From Dehalococcoidia bacterium (GTDB lineage Bacteria; Chloroflexota; Dehalococcoidia; Lucifugimonadales; UBA1123): DNA of 64,000 bases. Of the stretch, positions 62,717 through 64,000 are shown in pieces. A program made the position numbers and the translations under genes. Position 1 is the stretch's first letter; each line of letters starts with the position of its first letter. The notes beneath the pieces are model-generated. The model made no database searches, was not told where the DNA came from, and saw nothing but the letters and a program-made list of their open reading frames with translations. The stretch lies in contig OZ247432.1 in assembly GCA_965232905.1 (NCBI GenBank), forward strand, positions 95,668 to 159,667, given 5' to 3'.

Positions 62717-63647
62717 CCGTTCCCTCTCCCATGATGGCTTCAACTTCGTCGAGTGTTGGCATGCCGCTCAGGGCTCCTCGGCCCCTGAGCTTCAGTCCTG
62801 CCGTTATGGTACCCAGTCTGCCTGCTTCTGCAGTCGACAGACCGTTGAGCAGGCCGTGAATGAGCCCTCCATTGAAGGCATCGCCTGCCCCTGTCGTGTC
62901 TATGGGCCCGTCAGGTGTGAAGGCGGGTATCTCGAATACACCTTCGTTACTTCCAACCACTGCGCCGCGCTCACCGCACGTCACAGCGACCACCGGCACG
63001 CCCATGTCCATGTAGTGTTCCACGACTTCGTGCGGGTCGTCTGAACCCATAAGGGCCTGCGAGTCGTCGGGTACATTGGGTAGGAAGTAGTCGACGTACG
63101 GAATCAACTCCATTGCGGCCGCTCGCATCTCGTCTGTGCTCCAGAGCTGGTGCCTGTAATTGGGATCGAAGGAGACTTTTATTCCCCGATCTTTGGCGAT
63201 CTGCGCTGCTTTCATGACAGTCGCTCTGGCGGACTCAGAAATTGCCAGCGCCACTCCCGAGCAGTGCAGCACCCTGGCGGTGCCGATGTAATCGGGATCG
63301 AGGTCTTCGGGCTGCAGCGTACTCGGAGCGCTGCCTGAGCGGTAGTAGACGAACTCCCTGTTCCCGTCAGGCATGAGAGCGACGAAGTGGACCGCGTTGA
63401 ACCCGTCAACTCTTCTCACGCCGCTGGTGTCGATCCCTGACGACTCGAAAGTCCCGAGCAGGTAGTCGGCGAACGGGTCATCACCCAATCGGGTCACGTA
63501 CCCCGTACTGGTGCCCAGTCGCTGTGCGGCGACGCAGATGTTGAAGCTATCTCCGGCCAGCGATCGCGTGAACGTGTCGGCGGTCTCGATTGGCTCTTCG
63601 GCGAAGAGCTCGATCATGCACTCGCCGATGCTGATTAGGTCGGGCAT
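62706..63647 (-). CDS. PfkB-family sugar(-acid) kinase (2-dehydro-3-deoxygluconokinase-like)
   Basis: 313 aa. N-terminal SIGECMIEL and C-terminal DTTGAGDAFNGGLIHGLL PfkB signature. Confidence 0.88.
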   Translation of the reverse strand: MPDLISIGECMIELFAEEPIETADTFTRSLAGDSFNICVAAQRLGTSTGYVTRLGDDPFADYLLGTFESSGIDTSGVRRVDGFNAVHFVALMPDGNREFVYYRSGSAPSTLQPEDLDPDYIGTARVLHCSGVALAISESARATVMKAAQIAKDRGIKVSFDPNYRHQLWSTDEMRAAAMELIPYVDYFLPNVPDDSQALMGSDDPHEVVEHYMDMGVPVVAVTCGERGAVVGSNEGVFEIPAFTPDGPIDTTGAGDAFNGGLIHGLLNGLSTAEAGRLGTITAGLKLRGRGALSGMPTLDEVEAIMGEGTDGN

Positions 63648-63656
63648 ATGCAGGCG

Positions 63657-64000
63657 TTACTGGCGAACGTACTTGACTATACGGCGGCCGGACTTGCCTT
63701 CTTCCGGCTGCACGAAGTAGATATTGCCGTCAGAGTCCCCGGCTGCACCGTGGCAGCTCGTGAACTCCGGGCCGCCCCAGCGCGCCAGCCTGTTGCCGGC
63801 GCCGTCGAGAATGCTGAAGAACCCACCGTTGTGCTCAGCGACGTATGCGCGCTCGCTGGAGTCCATCCAGACGACGGCAGGGCCGATCAATTCCGACGGC
63901 CACTCGCTTATGTAGCCGCCGTCCTGGTCGAAGACCTGTACCCGGTCGTTCTCACGGTCGGCTACCAGTACCTGCCCATTGGCATCGACCCACACTCCGT
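63657..64000 (-). CDS. NHL-repeat beta-propeller protein, N-terminus outside the window
   Basis: The ORF is open to the window edge. Repeated VADRENDRVQVFD / YVAEHNGG / GDSDGNIYFV blades are NHL-like. Confidence 0.65.
   Translation of the reverse strand, partial: GVWVDANGQVLVADRENDRVQVFDQDGGYISEWPSELIGPAVVWMDSSERAYVAEHNGGFFSILDGAGNRLARWGGPEFTSCHGAAGDSDGNIYFVQPEEGKSGRRIVKYVRQ

Noticed and set aside
1-64000. Scanned all intergenic gaps of about 60 bp or more for tRNA, rRNA, tmRNA, integrase/transposase remnants, terminal inverted repeats or attachment-site duplications that would mark a mobile island.
   Set aside because: None was recognised by eye. The accessory-looking blocks (9.5-23.5 kb, 23.6-40.6 kb, 53.3-60.4 kb) have no visible mobility genes or flanking direct repeats. 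Covariance-model scans (tRNAscan-SE, Infernal) would be needed to be certain.

Overview
GC-rich bacterial chromosomal window, densely coded on both strands. I recognised about 60 protein genes and no rRNA, tRNA, CRISPR array, transposase, integrase or phage gene. Taxonomy cannot be assigned from the sequence alone; BLAST of the RpoD, DnaG or RuvB proteins would settle it. Exported proteins carry lipoboxes and Pro/Thr or Pro/Ala-rich tethers.

Layout:
- 1-9.5 kb: housekeeping and acyl-CoA metabolism, with a split methylmalonyl-CoA mutase, epimerase, acyl-CoA dehydrogenase and ruvB.
- 9.5-23.5 kb: accessory-looking genes. These include an 826-aa PHP/CehA-like metallohydrolase, a PQQ-like beta-propeller lipoprotein, an archaeal-type PEP carboxylase, and a 748-aa secreted protein. 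The secreted protein has 17+4 copies of a 48-bp (16-aa) acidic DxDG repeat and is translationally juxtaposed to an APH-like kinase.
- 23.6-40.6 kb: an exporter island. It holds MarR, a repeat lipoprotein, a 1212-aa fused ABC exporter, a heterodimeric ABC exporter with one degenerate ATP site, an ECF sigma/anti-sigma pair, an 824-aa MacA-like adaptor, MacB ATPase and permease, and an MFS gene.
- 40.6-53 kb: core genes queA, a glycosylase, htrA and a dgt-orf-orf-dnaG-rpoD operon.
- 53.3-60.4 kb: a tightly coupled operon containing a three-gene, split-beta, Co-type nitrile-hydratase-family enzyme with atypical partners. I rate this the best candidate for an undescribed system.
- 60.4-64 kb: a sugar-acid catabolic cluster.

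All functional calls come from motif-level reading of the supplied translations. No database search was possible. Several ORF-track start sites were re-assigned by eye.
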